The notes: generated from the sequence alone by a model not told the origin. Positions 47,397-59,647 are shown, counted from the stretch's first letter. The stretch: DNA of 64,000 nt from Mayamaea pseudoterrestris (GCA_027923505.1 BROI01000020.1:62001-126000); one strand, 5' to 3'. Program-made: numbers and translations.

Positions 47397-48845
47397 ATGT
47401 CTCTCGAGAACGAAGGAATACGCCAAAGCTGGAACGATCATTTTCGTTCGTTAGTTTCATTCAAAAAGCAGCATGGACACTGTCTAGTGCCTTTTCGATA
47501 CATGAAGAATACAGCTCTGGGATGCTGGGTTGCGAAACAGCGTAGCCAGGCTTTGGCGATTGCACCGGAGCGGCGAAAAAGATTGGACCAACTAGGTTTT
47601 TGCTGGGAAACCAACACAGAACGCTTTGAAAGGCTGTGGCTCGTACATTTTCGACGTTTGAAGGCGTACCGTCTTGCGCATGGGGATTTCAAGGTGGCAA
47701 AGAGCCACGATCCGGTACTCGCAAAGTGGGTTGCAAAACAACGGAGTCTGTATAATAAGCAACAGCTTCTTCCTCATCGATGTGCTCACCTAAAAGCCAT
47801 CAAATTTGATTGGGGGCGAACTCTTCTGTACGGTCGCGACAACTCTGATAGAGACGCGAACTGGATGAGATATTACGCTCGGCTCGAGAAGTTTCAAAGG
47901 GTGCACAAACACACGCTGGTGCCGATTACATACAAGGAGAACAACAAGAAATCTTTGGGAACTTGGGTCAGCAGACAAAGACTTGCTTTCTCGAAAGGCG
48001 AACTCACTGCGGATCGAAAAGAGCTTCTCGACGACATTGGATTCGTTTACAGAGTGAATCAATCCGCTGCTTGTATACGCAGCAAAGGACGGAAATGGGA
48101 TCGCCGGTACATGGAGCTCATCCGGTACGTTGAGTGCCATGGGCATGTTCCCGTTCCTTCTGATCAGTATGATCTATGTCGTTGGTTGAATACACAGAAA
48201 ATTTTGAGTCAAGAAAAGCGTCTTCATCCTTGCCGAGAATCAAAATTGGCAAATGTTATCGGGTTGAACTGGGCCGCGTCAATGGACGCTTCGACTTTAA
48301 CGCATAAAGTCAGTTTAGGAAAGAACAGCAGTAGGTCAAGAGTTGGTAAATCAAATGATGTAGCTTCCCCGTTTAAAGCACAAACGAGTGACGCGACCAA
48401 GAGGCAGAGAGATCTGATGTGTGAGGGTTTGGACGGAAAAATTACCAAGCGTCGAACACCGAATGTACTCTTCCAAATGGTCCATCCATTTGGAACGCGA
48501 GTTAGAAAGGTATGTAAACCGCTTTCATCCCTTTTTGGCGCTATCTGAATCCTCCTCAAGCAGCTTAATCTTGCGCAGCATTTCCCCGATTATGGATGGT
48601 TTTTCGGGCATGTAATCGGGTTTGATGCCGAACTTGGTTATTATAGCGTCCGCTATGAAGATGAGGACAAGGAGGAGTATAACAGGCAAGAACTTGAAGA
48701 GATTCTTGTCGGAAACGGCTGTATGTTCGATGTAGAACTCTCGAAGAGAACTAAACGGGGCGCTGCTGAAGGCAGCAGCAATGCCATTTACGATCTTGTA
48801 TCTGATGATGATGAAGAGTTCGAGTGGGATGGTTCCTTGGAATAA
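47397..48845 (+). CDS. Helicase-associated (HA) repeat protein with a C-terminal Tudor-like domain; intron 48510-48578
   Basis: Four W..(F/Y)..L..(F/Y)...HGH..VP...L..WV..QR..LD.LGF.W-type repeats; the spliced exon gives GTRVRK-HFPDYGWFFGHV..YYSVRYEDEDKEEY. Confidence 0.85.
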
Positions 48846-49019
48846 GATCAGCAAGGTGGTTCGCCATGACTGCATGTCTATTTTACCGACAGATCTGTTT
48901 TTTGTTGCATGCGGTCGTATGTACTCTACCGTGTCCTGTGGGATAATAATATATCGAAACAGTATAGAACCTAATAAAAATACCTTACACGTAAACCTTG
49001 TGCTTAAATGTGTGTTGGT

Positions 49020-50744
49020 TTATTCATACAATGGTAGTTTACCGCCTTCGGCACCTCGTCGCCTTCGCATCCAGCTACGAAACTTGACACGCTGGCTAAG
49101 CACTTGAAGTCGATTATTCTTACCCGTGGTCAGGTCGCTCACATCGTCACTACCAGGTTGGTATTTAAGTGAAATGGTCGACTGCTCTGGCTGTGAACTA
49201 TCGTGCTCGCGTGCTTCAATGACTGGCTTGGCCGCCGACGATTCGTTGCGGCCTGCCCTCTTTGGTGACTTTGGTGACGTGCCTGCCAGCACCATAGCCT
49301 GCTCCACCGTCTTGCGAATGCTATCAGTCATGGAGGATGCTTGCACTATCGAGTTTCTTTGACGCATCGCCTGTTTGCTTTTCTTAGTGTCAAAGCTCGC
49401 CTTGTTTAATTCCTGCAAAATCTCAGTGCTGCTAACCGTGCTGGACGTTTCATTGTCGTCATCCTCCGAGTCGGAGCTGTGGAGACTCTCGTCAATGTCG
49501 CGTGAGTTGAGGCTGTTGCTTCGCGCATTCATGGGAGCGTCACGACTCTGCGCAAGTTCAGCTTCCAGTGCCTGGATTTCGGCAGTTGTTGAGCCCATTC
49601 CGCATAAAATCAAGTCGGACAAGCTAGTCAAAAATGCGTCGGCTCCATTCTCCGTGGTAATGCGCTTACGCTCGGCAATAGCTTGAGCAATGGCTTGAGC
49701 TTCGACTGTGTCTTCCTCATATGTCTCGCAAGTCATCGTGTTGGAGTTTGTTCCAGATGAATTCGTTTCGCTGCCTGATGACGTGGTGGAAAAGGACGAC
49801 GGAGACAAGTTGCGTCGTCGTGGAACTGTGGAAGCGTCATTGTAGTAAATGGGATCTTCATTAGGAAGGTTGTCAGCAATATCTCTCGTCTTGGGTCTTG
49901 GTTTGGGGAGTTCCTGGGGAAGCTTGCTGGTTAATTGCTTTGGACTTGCAAAGCTTGCAAGGACAGAGCTAGGCGTGGTACAAATTGTTGGAGGTAGTAT
50001 CGGACCAGTTGAGGAAGCGCCCGATGATGTCGTTTGCGATCCGCTGCCCTTTTCGGCTGTAGTAGCTGGGACTGGTGTCGGAGTCCGTCTCATTCCCAGC
50101 CGCTGGTCCTTGGTGGAACTGCCAATCGCTTCGTGGCGTTCTGCCGCTGGTGGTTGAAATGGCGTGCGACGCAATGGACTGAAAGCCCTAGTTGGTAATG
50201 GAGGTCGAGCTGCGGCCGTTGATGTCGCAGGTGACTGAGTTCTCGTTGATATTGCCAAGGATGGTGCTGGTTGAGCCGATGGAGGCAAGAGACTGCCGGG
50301 TGAGGTACCAACTCCCGAGTTACTTTGCAACATGGTCTGCTTAACAGAAAGCAAAGCCATGGAAGCGACAATTTCAGCTTGTCGCTTTCCCTTACGTCGG
50401 CCCAAAAAGCTTCGTCCTTGCTCCGAGTCGCTAGAGGAAGGTGCGAGAATGGACGTGGCAGCCGCTTTGGCTGTCGACAAGGCAGTTGCTTCCGATCCGC
50501 CTGCCATCAATATCGATCTTGCAGCCGTCATGGCTTGCGACGTAGCGTGCGACAAAAGCTCAGCTTCCTCTGATTCGGTCAATGGCCGTTTGGATGGCTT
50601 GCCAAAAGACAATCGCGAGCTGTAGCTTGCCGAGCTTGTTGTTGTCCGAATGGTGGGAGGAACGTTAGCGTTATTGTTCCATGTTGCCTGCTGCTGCCGC
50701 TGCTGCTTGGAAGGTGATCGCGGTGATCGCGGAGGCGTTACCAT
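49020..50744 (-). CDS. Low-complexity Ser/Thr/Pro-rich uncharacterised protein
   Basis: 574-aa ATG-initiated ORF with no recognisable domain. Confidence 0.75.
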   Translation of the reverse strand: MVTPPRSPRSPSKQQRQQQATWNNNANVPPTIRTTTSSASYSSRLSFGKPSKRPLTESEEAELLSHATSQAMTAARSILMAGGSEATALSTAKAAATSILAPSSSDSEQGRSFLGRRKGKRQAEIVASMALLSVKQTMLQSNSGVGTSPGSLLPPSAQPAPSLAISTRTQSPATSTAAARPPLPTRAFSPLRRTPFQPPAAERHEAIGSSTKDQRLGMRRTPTPVPATTAEKGSGSQTTSSGASSTGPILPPTICTTPSSVLASFASPKQLTSKLPQELPKPRPKTRDIADNLPNEDPIYYNDASTVPRRRNLSPSSFSTTSSGSETNSSGTNSNTMTCETYEEDTVEAQAIAQAIAERKRITTENGADAFLTSLSDLILCGMGSTTAEIQALEAELAQSRDAPMNARSNSLNSRDIDESLHSSDSEDDDNETSSTVSSTEILQELNKASFDTKKSKQAMRQRNSIVQASSMTDSIRKTVEQAMVLAGTSPKSPKRAGRNESSAAKPVIEAREHDSSQPEQSTISLKYQPGSDDVSDLTTGKNNRLQVLSQRVKFRSWMRRRRGAEGGKLPLYE

Positions 50745-51167
50745 GGTTGAACAGCTTCTAATACAACACTACTAGTAGTCAATTGCTGTGGTCAGCATGA
50801 GAATACCGTGCTGGGTGATCGTTCTTGATGTGCTGTAGCGACGACAGTATGGCTTCTGCGAGTTTCTCGCTGCGAAGAATTGTTAGCGACGCGTATTATC
50901 CGTTGAGCATGTGCCCCCCTCTAAGTAACGGTGGGCGAGGCACGTGAGCTCGTTTCACGGGTAGTCGGTAAAGCGAGTGAATACTCGCCAGCGTTGGTTA
51001 CTTAGACGATGATAGCTTCAGTGACGTTTCGAACGAGCGAGCCGGGTCAATAGATGCCACAGCTTGAGAGCGTCGTACCGCTACACAGTAAATGCCAACC
51101 AACAACCAAGAACATCGACGGTCACAACATCATATCGTAATGCTGCTGCTAATGATCCATTTTTAAC

Positions 51168-53001
51168 ATGCAGCGCCGTCCTGCTAGACAGGAATCAATT
51201 GAGGCAATAGAAAGTCGTCAAGTCAGTGCATTGTTGAGACGTCGCAAGAAAAAACATCAATCTACCTGGCCGTGCTACGTTTGCGCCATCGTCACATCTC
51301 TCATTTGCGTCGTATATGTCCTGGCAGCCCGACAAGGCAATACGATAACAAAAGCAAAGTCAGCTCTTTCTGACAATACCTTAGTGCAAAAGCTTAGAGG
51401 AAATATTAAGCGACTATCAACCAAATTTGCATCCTTTCCAAAATATCCACGCATCGACCATGTCAAAGTTAGTCCACAAGTCCTTGAAATGTGCACCAAG
51501 ACTCTATGGCATACTATTGAAACTACCACCATTGTGCTGCCTGATAACGAAACCTTCATACATACCGGTGACATTGACGACCTTTGGCTACGGGACTCGG
51601 CGTCGCAGATTCATCCACTAATGGTTGGTCAAAAGCCACTGATTGCGCAGGATGCCAAGCTGGATCGAATTGTTTCGGGTTTGATTAAACGAGTCGCCAT
51701 GTATATTCGGCATGGTAAGTAGTTATAACGATTCTCGCTATTTGAGTGGACGTACGCTTGCTGACTGACTGATTGACTTATTGGCCGCCTGATTTGCTCT
51801 CAAACCATAGATCCGTATGCGAATGCTTTTCGGATCGACGACACCTATGTCTTTAACGAAATGCAAAAGGAGCTGGGACGGCATGACTTGATATCAACTT
51901 GGAACTAGTGAGTGTGCTGCGTACGCTGCTGTAGTGCGGAACCAAATTGGTCTCTCTAATCCAAACTCTCCTTATTCCAGCGAATTAGATTCGGCATGCT
52001 TTTACATACGCATGCTTTACTTTTACTGGAAGCAATCACCGCTTGGCAATTCACTAAATAGTGTATTGAGGCTGCAGAGCGTTCAGGATGCGGTGGAAAT
52101 TATGGTGGATCTTTGGATTGCCGAGCAGAAGCATGAGCTTGACCACTATCCGACTGGGCCACTCTTCGACTGTCTCAATTGCAACAAGCCATATCGCTAC
52201 AAGGGCTTGCCTCGGGAGGGAAAGGGCACTCCAACGAATGCGACGGCGGGTCTGACGTGGACTGGTTTTCGACCTAGTGATGACGAATGTAAATTCGGAT
52301 ATCTTATACCGGCCAATATGTTTGCGGTTGTTGCCTTGGGGTACGTGGTGGACATGGCCAGTGAACTTTGGCAGAATGTGGAACTTGCTGAAAAGGCAAT
52401 CAAACTCGCGGCAGAGATTGATCGCGGCATTCATGATCACGGCATTGTGTCGCATCCACAGTTTGGACGGATATATGCGTATGAAGTTGATGGGCTGGGC
52501 CAGTACGCGCTCCTGGATGACGCTAACGTACCGAGTCTTCTAAGTGCTCCCTATCTCGGCTACGATATCGATAACTATGTGTATGCAAATACGCGCAAGT
52601 ATATATTTTCGGACGCAAACCCAACGTTTCGAAGTGGCACAAATGACCTAACCGGAGATATCGAAGGATACGGCTCTGTTCACATGATGGCTGCCATCAA
52701 GTACAATATATGGCCAATGTCACTGGCGGTCCGCGGCTTGGCGAGCGACAGCTTGGCTGAAAAGATCCATATTGCCGAGACCTTGGTGAAGGCTTCTGCT
52801 GCGACCGGCTGGATGCATGAAAGCTTTGATGTCGGTAATCCACGCCGCTTTACACGCTCCTGGTTTTGCTGGGCTGATAGCCTCTTTGCAGAATTAGTCA
52901 TGTCCATCACTGACGAGTGTCCCGTTCACGATTATAAATATGTGGTGCATGAGTGGCGCGACCGTAATAAAATAGCTGGGGGAGTCTACGCAGCGGACTG
53001 A
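51168..53001 (+). CDS. Glycoside hydrolase family 125 (exo-alpha-1,6-mannosidase-like), N-terminal TM; introns 51715-51810 and 51908-51980
   Basis: TGDIDDLWLRDS, DPYANAF, YELDS, GFRPSDD, YAYEVDG, DDANVPSLL, HESF..FTRSWFCWA. Confidence 0.93.
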
Positions 53002-53220
53002 GCGACAGGAGAAGATGCATCCAGAAAGCGTCGCTAAAAGCGCAGACATAACAGTCATTCAAGCAAACTTTTGTCTAGCACTTACAGCGATACACTATTA
53101 CCTTAAGGAAGGATTATCAGCAAGAAAACTGGTGGTTGCTACTAATGAGGCATGTCCAAGGCCTTTATGTGCGTGCGTGGCGTAACTAAGCACCAAAGCT
53201 CCCACTGCAAGAAATGTTCA

Positions 53221-56200
53221 TTACGAGGTAATGATGCTTTTTGGGATGTCCGAGAACCGGGGCTCTTTCTTCTTCTTCTTTGTCTTCGTTTTTGTCTTCT
53301 TTTGCATCTTCTTGCGTTCCCTCAACTTTCGGTCCTGCTCGTCCCAAATAGCATCCAGCCGCTGAAGGCAATCAAGTGGCATGGGAGGAAAGAGCGATCT
53401 GTGGCTCATGCGACTGATAGCACTGCTACCTTGGTGACTGCCTGTCGCATGTGTGCGGTGTGACGCCAAAGAATAATCATCATCGCCTCCTGTAATGACC
53501 GAAACGCCACCTTCGCCTAAAGTTGAAACGTCATCGTTGAAGAGATCATATGTGCATTGCTGGGGCGACGTGTGGACTGAACTATCTTCCAGTTGACCAA
53601 GTACCCCCATGTATTGGTCATGAAAAGACCGCCTTTTGCTCGTGTTGGTGTCAGTTGATCTGAACTCAATTTCGGGACTTGGCTTCTTGTGTCGACGAGG
53701 ATGGAGTTCCGATCCAAAAACAACAGGAATCATTGAAGGGTCTAGCTCCTCTCTCTCAGCACTGTCACTCCATTTTGTTTGCTCTTCGTCGTGGTCTTGG
53801 TGATAGTCGTCCGAGTCATCATCTTCGTTCATAGGGAAGTCGCTGTTACCGACACAATCGCCATGGTTCCTGTCTTTGGGATCTCGCTTTGCTGATTCGA
53901 ACAGAGTAGCTGCGAGCTTATCCTTGTGGGATTTCTCGACTGTGTGCTTAGCCTCTGATTGTAGTACATGCTCTGTACCTTTATTGGCGCCGTCGTGACA
54001 ACTTTTGCGAGAGGCACATGAAATTAAGTTTCCTCTCGAATTGGTGCCATTTGCTTCCTTTAGTGTCATCTTGGTGTTATCTACGCTGATCGGGGTTTTG
54101 ACAAGTGGGGCTTGTTTGTTTGTTCCTGTATCGAGTTCGCACGCGATATCTGTCGTGGTCTTCATAGTTGACGGGTTGCTGCCCTGATGAACACGCGGCG
54201 TTATTGATGGTGACTTTATTAGTTCATCCATGCTTGGGGAATCGATCATATTTGAGTTCGAGTCAGTCGCACTGAGCGTATAATCAGTCGACTGGCCAAT
54301 GGACAGATGGAAAGGAGGGGTGCCGCCGGCGTCATTTCGGGTGAAGCTTGTACTTGAATCAGGATCGCTGCTGTTCTCGTTGAGCATAGGCGACGACGAA
54401 GAACTTGACTCGCTGCGAGATAGAACGGGAGACATTATGTCTTTTGAACTAGTCCAGGGAACATTATGCACGGCTTCATCTCCAGGGAGAATGACTGGTG
54501 GATAGTACGATCTACCAAAATCTGGGTGGGAGTAATACGGTCGGTTTTTAGATCTGGAGACACCCAGTGTCCATCCTGGCGGCAGGCTTGGGTGTTGATA
54601 CCAGTCTCCATTGGCAAGCTGAAAGTTGATCACTGTTCCTTGCATGCCGGCAATTATGCCCGTCCATTGTTTAAATGGTGGTCGGTCGCTTTCGGCAGCA
54701 ACTTCCATCAGCTCCGACGGAACTTCCCCAGAGTTCTTACTGTCGTTATTCGATTGGTCCGTTTCCGTCGACTTATCGGGGTCCATTTCCATCGACTTGT
54801 CGATTTTAGCTGGATCGTTGACAGCTGTGTGATTCCGTGAAGTGGCATTGTCGTTCAAGGCAGGGCTTCGGTTGTTTATACTCGTAGACTTGTTTTCGGA
54901 TGGTCCAATATCTTGCGTGTCCATTTCTTGGGTGCCGACAATTATCATGGGGGTTTGGTAGTCTCCGGAATGTATATTTTTGTTCGGAATGAGAAGACTT
55001 TCATCAGCCGAATTTTCCTTCTCGTCCTTCTCATCTTTGTCCTGGCTCAAATCGATGGACACGTCGCCGTCGTAATTCGGGTCATCAACATCTTTGAAGG
55101 CAATGTATAAACCGATAAGCATATCTGATTTTGAATTTCGAGTGCCATATGGCATTGTTTCGCTTCGGAGCATGAGATTTAGCACCTCTGGATTCTCTGC
55201 TGGCGTTTCGCGGAAACGACGAAGCTTATCCTCTGTGGTGACCTCCAGCGTGTGCGAAGAGTCGAGGATTGCCGCATCTTGTTCAACTTTAATTTGTTTA
55301 GGAGGCAGCAAGAGTGGCGTTGCTTTGTTAGCAAAACGGGTTGTCCATCGTTGAGTTTGAAGGCCGCTTGATTCTGCAGGTGAGGATGCTTTGGCAACAA
55401 CTTGATTATAGTTGTTTCTGTCGACGGTACCATTCAATGTGCTGCTGTCAACAGTGGAATTTGTTTGCAATGGCTGAAGCGCTGACGCAGGAGACGAATA
55501 CTGTTTCTTTTTATCGCCAAAAGAATTGTCGATGCCATTCTCTTTCGTTAATGCAGCAGCCATTGGAAGCATTAGCCCGTCTTTCTTGTCTGCAGAGCTT
55601 TGCCCAAGCGGCAGGCCGTCGCATGATGATGCAAATTTTGTGCCTGGAGGAGGCGTTGGTACCTTCTCGTTAATTGCAGCCAAATTCGAGAGCATGACTA
55701 GCGCATCAACCGCCGGTTCATGCTGTGTCTTTGGCTCGGGCGTTGCAGACGGACTCAAATTAAATGATGCCGAATCTGGGAGAGTTGGGTCCTCGGCAGG
55801 AGCAGTCAAATGCATATCTTTCTTAATCTCGATATTGTCCACTTCTTGACGGAGCGTTTCAGATTTGGCGTTAAAATGAGCATTATCGTGGAGAGGAGTG
55901 ACGTTCTGTTTAGATAATGGATTTGATGGCATAGGTGACGTGATGCCGCTGGATAACTTCAAAGTGTCGTCTGCCTGGTTGTGGGACGAGCTGTTCGGAG
56001 TTTGGCGCGGTGATACAATATCTTCGGGATGAATTTTAGCGGGGCGCAGCGGTGCCAAGGACGCTGGGCTTGTTTCCGTGGAGGCATAAATTGCTGTTCG
56101 CTGCTGTGGACTACTTAATCCAAGACAAGCATCAACAGTATCTGCTTTGTCGAGCGTCGGAGATAAAGTGAGACCTTCCATTGCATAACCAGTTGGAAGC

Positions 56201-57711
56201 GTCATCTGGCTGTTATTGTAAAAGGAGTTGGCCAAACTTGGGACCGCCGCAATTGGCGCATTTTGTGGACTGTTGAAAATCTGTTGCTTAGTATCATCTT
56301 GCAAATGCTTGAGTGGCGCTATTTCCGCAAAACCATTTGTCGTTTCGCCCAATGGGAACGTTGACATGCGGTGGGTGCTGGGTGACTCGTCATGGTCTTT
56401 GGCCAACTTGGAAGCGTCAATTTCGATGCCCTCCGTCGGATTGTCTTGTAGTGGACGGATACCGCCATTACCCAACGAATTGACAGCCTCTAATGACGCA
56501 ATAATGCCTGATACAGAAGTTGTCGTGCGGCAAGGAGGTGACGACCGGTCAAGTACTGCATTGCCGGTCGCTAGGTTCCGATCGTTGGCATTAGCGTCAG
56601 CGTTCATCTTGTCATGCACGTTACTGGCTCGGCTGGTATCAGCTGCCCGACGATCATTGGTGGACTTGCTCTTGGTAGTTTTTGATGATACTGCTGACAA
56701 TGCCTTTGTGCTTCGGCTGGTGATGCTTTGATTGCCGCTGCTACTCGTGCTGCTAGACGAGCGCACCGTGCCGCACGCACCCTTTTTGGTAGCAACGGCT
56801 GGCCCAGCCACGGTCGACTCGTCGTCGGAAGAGCTTTCATTCTCAGGCGAACTGAATATAGCGTCCATGAGCGCCGAAACGTCCTTGCTTTTGGCTTGCT
56901 GCTTGCGAAATTGTAGCTCCCATGCGGACAAATCCGTGACGCTTTCTTGTCGCTCGGATGCGTCACGGTCACTTTGCTCCTGCATCTCCACTTGCTTCAT
57001 TCCTTGGATCCAGAACGACTGACGCGCCCGTTTGCGTTTTTGTGTCAATTTATCAATTGCTTGCTCCTTGCGCGCCGCCTTGTCTTGAATGGCTGCCCGA
57101 TTGCTGTTGGCTCGTTTGGAATCGGGCGGAGTTGGCGGCGTCGACGGTTCTCGCTTCTTGAGAAACTCGTCCTTTAATTCGTTGCGGTACTCTTCCTCCG
57201 AGGCGGCATGTCGAGCCGCCGCGTACTTGTTGCGGATCATTTGCTGCGGATGAAATGGCGGCGGTTGGTTTGGATCCGCTTGCTTGGCTCGCGTCGTGTT
57301 GTTCAAGACGGGCGTTTCAGTTTCTTCTTCTTCTAATGTCTTTGGCTGTTGCTCAACGACCTTGGGATTGTCCTCAAAGATGGTAAATGATGAAGATTCG
57401 GTGCGCTGTTTCGACGGCTGCTGGCCTGGTTGTGCCGCGGCATGTGTAAGCGGCTTGGCTGCCGCTGCAACAGCACCAACGTTTGCGCTGCTCGTCTTGG
57501 AGGAAATGCGGCCCTTGCTACTCTTTGATGATTTACTTGTTTGACTAATAGTATCCATTGACTTGCTGCCGTCTTGCTCGGCCGTCGTTTCGGCGGCGGC
57601 GGACGCTCCAAGGGTCGAATCAGATCGAGCCTTTTTGCTTGGCGGCTCCTGCGACGACTTCTTGATCGCCGCATTGGTGTAAAGCTTTCCGAACGCTGCG
57701 CGCTTGGACAT
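53221..57711 (-). CDS. Large, mostly disordered protein with one WW domain
   Basis: 1496-aa ORF; LPPGWTLGVSRSKNRPYYSHPDFGRSYYPP at ~54500-54590; basic C-terminus. Confidence 0.85.
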   Translation of the reverse strand: MSKRAAFGKLYTNAAIKKSSQEPPSKKARSDSTLGASAAAETTAEQDGSKSMDTISQTSKSSKSSKGRISSKTSSANVGAVAAAAKPLTHAAAQPGQQPSKQRTESSSFTIFEDNPKVVEQQPKTLEEEETETPVLNNTTRAKQADPNQPPPFHPQQMIRNKYAAARHAASEEEYRNELKDEFLKKREPSTPPTPPDSKRANSNRAAIQDKAARKEQAIDKLTQKRKRARQSFWIQGMKQVEMQEQSDRDASERQESVTDLSAWELQFRKQQAKSKDVSALMDAIFSSPENESSSDDESTVAGPAVATKKGACGTVRSSSSTSSSGNQSITSRSTKALSAVSSKTTKSKSTNDRRAADTSRASNVHDKMNADANANDRNLATGNAVLDRSSPPCRTTTSVSGIIASLEAVNSLGNGGIRPLQDNPTEGIEIDASKLAKDHDESPSTHRMSTFPLGETTNGFAEIAPLKHLQDDTKQQIFNSPQNAPIAAVPSLANSFYNNSQMTLPTGYAMEGLTLSPTLDKADTVDACLGLSSPQQRTAIYASTETSPASLAPLRPAKIHPEDIVSPRQTPNSSSHNQADDTLKLSSGITSPMPSNPLSKQNVTPLHDNAHFNAKSETLRQEVDNIEIKKDMHLTAPAEDPTLPDSASFNLSPSATPEPKTQHEPAVDALVMLSNLAAINEKVPTPPPGTKFASSCDGLPLGQSSADKKDGLMLPMAAALTKENGIDNSFGDKKKQYSSPASALQPLQTNSTVDSSTLNGTVDRNNYNQVVAKASSPAESSGLQTQRWTTRFANKATPLLLPPKQIKVEQDAAILDSSHTLEVTTEDKLRRFRETPAENPEVLNLMLRSETMPYGTRNSKSDMLIGLYIAFKDVDDPNYDGDVSIDLSQDKDEKDEKENSADESLLIPNKNIHSGDYQTPMIIVGTQEMDTQDIGPSENKSTSINNRSPALNDNATSRNHTAVNDPAKIDKSMEMDPDKSTETDQSNNDSKNSGEVPSELMEVAAESDRPPFKQWTGIIAGMQGTVINFQLANGDWYQHPSLPPGWTLGVSRSKNRPYYSHPDFGRSYYPPVILPGDEAVHNVPWTSSKDIMSPVLSRSESSSSSSPMLNENSSDPDSSTSFTRNDAGGTPPFHLSIGQSTDYTLSATDSNSNMIDSPSMDELIKSPSITPRVHQGSNPSTMKTTTDIACELDTGTNKQAPLVKTPISVDNTKMTLKEANGTNSRGNLISCASRKSCHDGANKGTEHVLQSEAKHTVEKSHKDKLAATLFESAKRDPKDRNHGDCVGNSDFPMNEDDDSDDYHQDHDEEQTKWSDSAEREELDPSMIPVVFGSELHPRRHKKPSPEIEFRSTDTNTSKRRSFHDQYMGVLGQLEDSSVHTSPQQCTYDLFNDDVSTLGEGGVSVITGGDDDYSLASHRTHATGSHQGSSAISRMSHRSLFPPMPLDCLQRLDAIWDEQDRKLRERKKMQKKTKTKTKKKKKEPRFSDIPKSIITS

Positions 57712-57948
57712 GGCGTTTCGACTATTCCTTCGGTCAATAGCGGTTACTAATTAATTGCTGATGTAGTTGTAATACAACCTGATGGGTTATTGTATAATAC
57801 TTGCAATGACGAGCACAATGCCATCATGGTCGATGCGCGTTTTTGAAAGGCAACCGAAAGAATGACAGTCGCGCCAGCCGGCACGGTGCGCGCCGGCACA
57901 GCTTCCCGCCAACCAAGGATCTCGTTCCATTTCGTTTTGCGTTTCACC

Positions 57949-58481
57949 ATGGCGACGATGCGCTCCAATCAACGACCGGCTGATCCGGATCGGCAGCTCA
58001 TGATCAAGGTCAAGACTTGTCAGCGGTAGGATCATTTTCATGAAGTACAGATATTGCTGCCAATGCTCATAATTGCTGGATTTTGAGAATTACTGCGTCG
58101 AAGTGTCGAGAACTAACACAATCTCTCTTCGGATACTTCTAATCATGCAGACTTTTAAAGGAAGCGGATCATTACAAAACGGAGCTAGCTTCCAATGAAA
58201 GTCGCATGGAAGAAATGATTGCTTCCGATAAGGATTCGTATGACATTAAAATGTTCCAGCAAGTTGTCGACGAGAGTCGCATGATGGTGCCGGATTCCAG
58301 CAAGCGACTGGCTGCCGCTATGGAGGATTTGGGCGAGTTTGTTACTGACAATGAATCACTAAGAGGAGAATGGATGGAAGCTGCAAATTTGATTTTGGCC
58401 AAATTGGACAAGGATAAAGCAGTGGACGACGATGTAGCACAAACTAACGTTGACGATCTTGCGGAAGGAGCAGCATTCTAA
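57949..58481 (+). CDS. TBCA: Tubulin-binding cofactor A; intron 58026-58150
   Basis: RQLMIKVKTCQR-LLKEADHY..YDIKMFQQVVDESRMMVPDS. Confidence 0.92.
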
Positions 58482-58552
58482 ATTGACCAATATTATAAAT
58501 ACTGAAAATCCGTAGTTTATTATTGAGATACATTAACTATTTATCAATCATT

Positions 58553-59647
58553 CTACTTTTTGTATTCTATGTTTGCAAAGCAATCCGACGCAAGACAGTC
58601 CATCAAAACCACCGCCGCTTGAATCTGCACGGCGCAGTTCAACCGATCGTAGTCATGTCCGCCTTCCACCAACCCCCAGCAACTAATTTGAAACTCCTCC
58701 TCGACGCGGGCAGCTTCAACTGCCTCCTGCAGACTGTGATAGTGATTGAGCAAAATGGCCAAGCCAAGCAGCAGCGACTTGGTTTCGCGACAAACGCTAT
58801 ACAGACACTGCAAGTGCCAGGCATCCAGTTTGGTGGACAACAACTGCAGACAGTCATTCGTCAGTTGCGGCGGATGCGCCAGTCGCTTGGACAAGGTTGC
58901 CTCCTGCGCGCCTTGCACAGTGGCCGGAACGTTTCCAAACTGTTTTGCTATAAAGTCATGTACTGGTTGCCAATGTTCCTCCTGCTGGCGATGCAACACG
59001 CGATCCGAGAGCGGATCCGCGTAGTAGCAAATGGTATCCGTCGACAAAAAGTTCATGCAGTCTTGTCTGATTTGTTGTTGGACGAGTGGTTGCGAGACTT
59101 GATCCAGGACGGTGCAAACCAATGTCATGAGTGGCATTTGCGTCGGATTGATGCGGAAGGTGACCGCGTTCCACTCGTGCGCCAATGCCATGGCAAGCTT
59201 TTGGGATGGAACGGATAGTGGTCGACCCATGGGTGTGCGAAGGACGCGGCCGTCGAGTGTCACCGTGTGCCATGAGAGTGTATGGTATATTGATGTAGTA
59301 TCATTCGTCGTCGTATCGTCGTTCACGCCAAGTACTTGTCGCGGCACCAACGCCTTTTGCAACACTTGCGCACTCGTTTCCATATGCAGTGACACTCCCG
59401 ATGCACTACTTGTTCCATCCACGCCGGCGGAAATGCTAGAGTCAACCGCATCAATTTCGCTCTGCTGCAGCCACGGCGCCCCGATTGGTTGAATTCCAAC
59501 GTCTAGGTAGAAGCGTTGACGACGATTGGCGAGTCGCGTGTCGCGAGCAGCTTTTGAGGAAGAAAGGCGAGTATAGTACTGACATGATGCTATATGCGGC
59601 GTGTTGCTGCGCATCAAGCGTTGCGAAATCATGGTGGCGGCCGCCAT
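58553..59647 (-). CDS. ATP12: Mitochondrial F1-ATPase assembly chaperone ATP12/ATPAF2
   Basis: RFY, VTLDGRVLRTP, ALAHEW, MPLMTL, TDTICY, ARVEEEFQ..WGLVEGGHD. Start assumed. Confidence 0.93.
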   Translation of the reverse strand: MAAATMISQRLMRSNTPHIASCQYYTRLSSSKAARDTRLANRRQRFYLDVGIQPIGAPWLQQSEIDAVDSSISAGVDGTSSASGVSLHMETSAQVLQKALVPRQVLGVNDDTTTNDTTSIYHTLSWHTVTLDGRVLRTPMGRPLSVPSQKLAMALAHEWNAVTFRINPTQMPLMTLVCTVLDQVSQPLVQQQIRQDCMNFLSTDTICYYADPLSDRVLHRQQEEHWQPVHDFIAKQFGNVPATVQGAQEATLSKRLAHPPQLTNDCLQLLSTKLDAWHLQCLYSVCRETKSLLLGLAILLNHYHSLQEAVEAARVEEEFQISCWGLVEGGHDYDRLNCAVQIQAAVVLMDCLASDCFANIEYKK

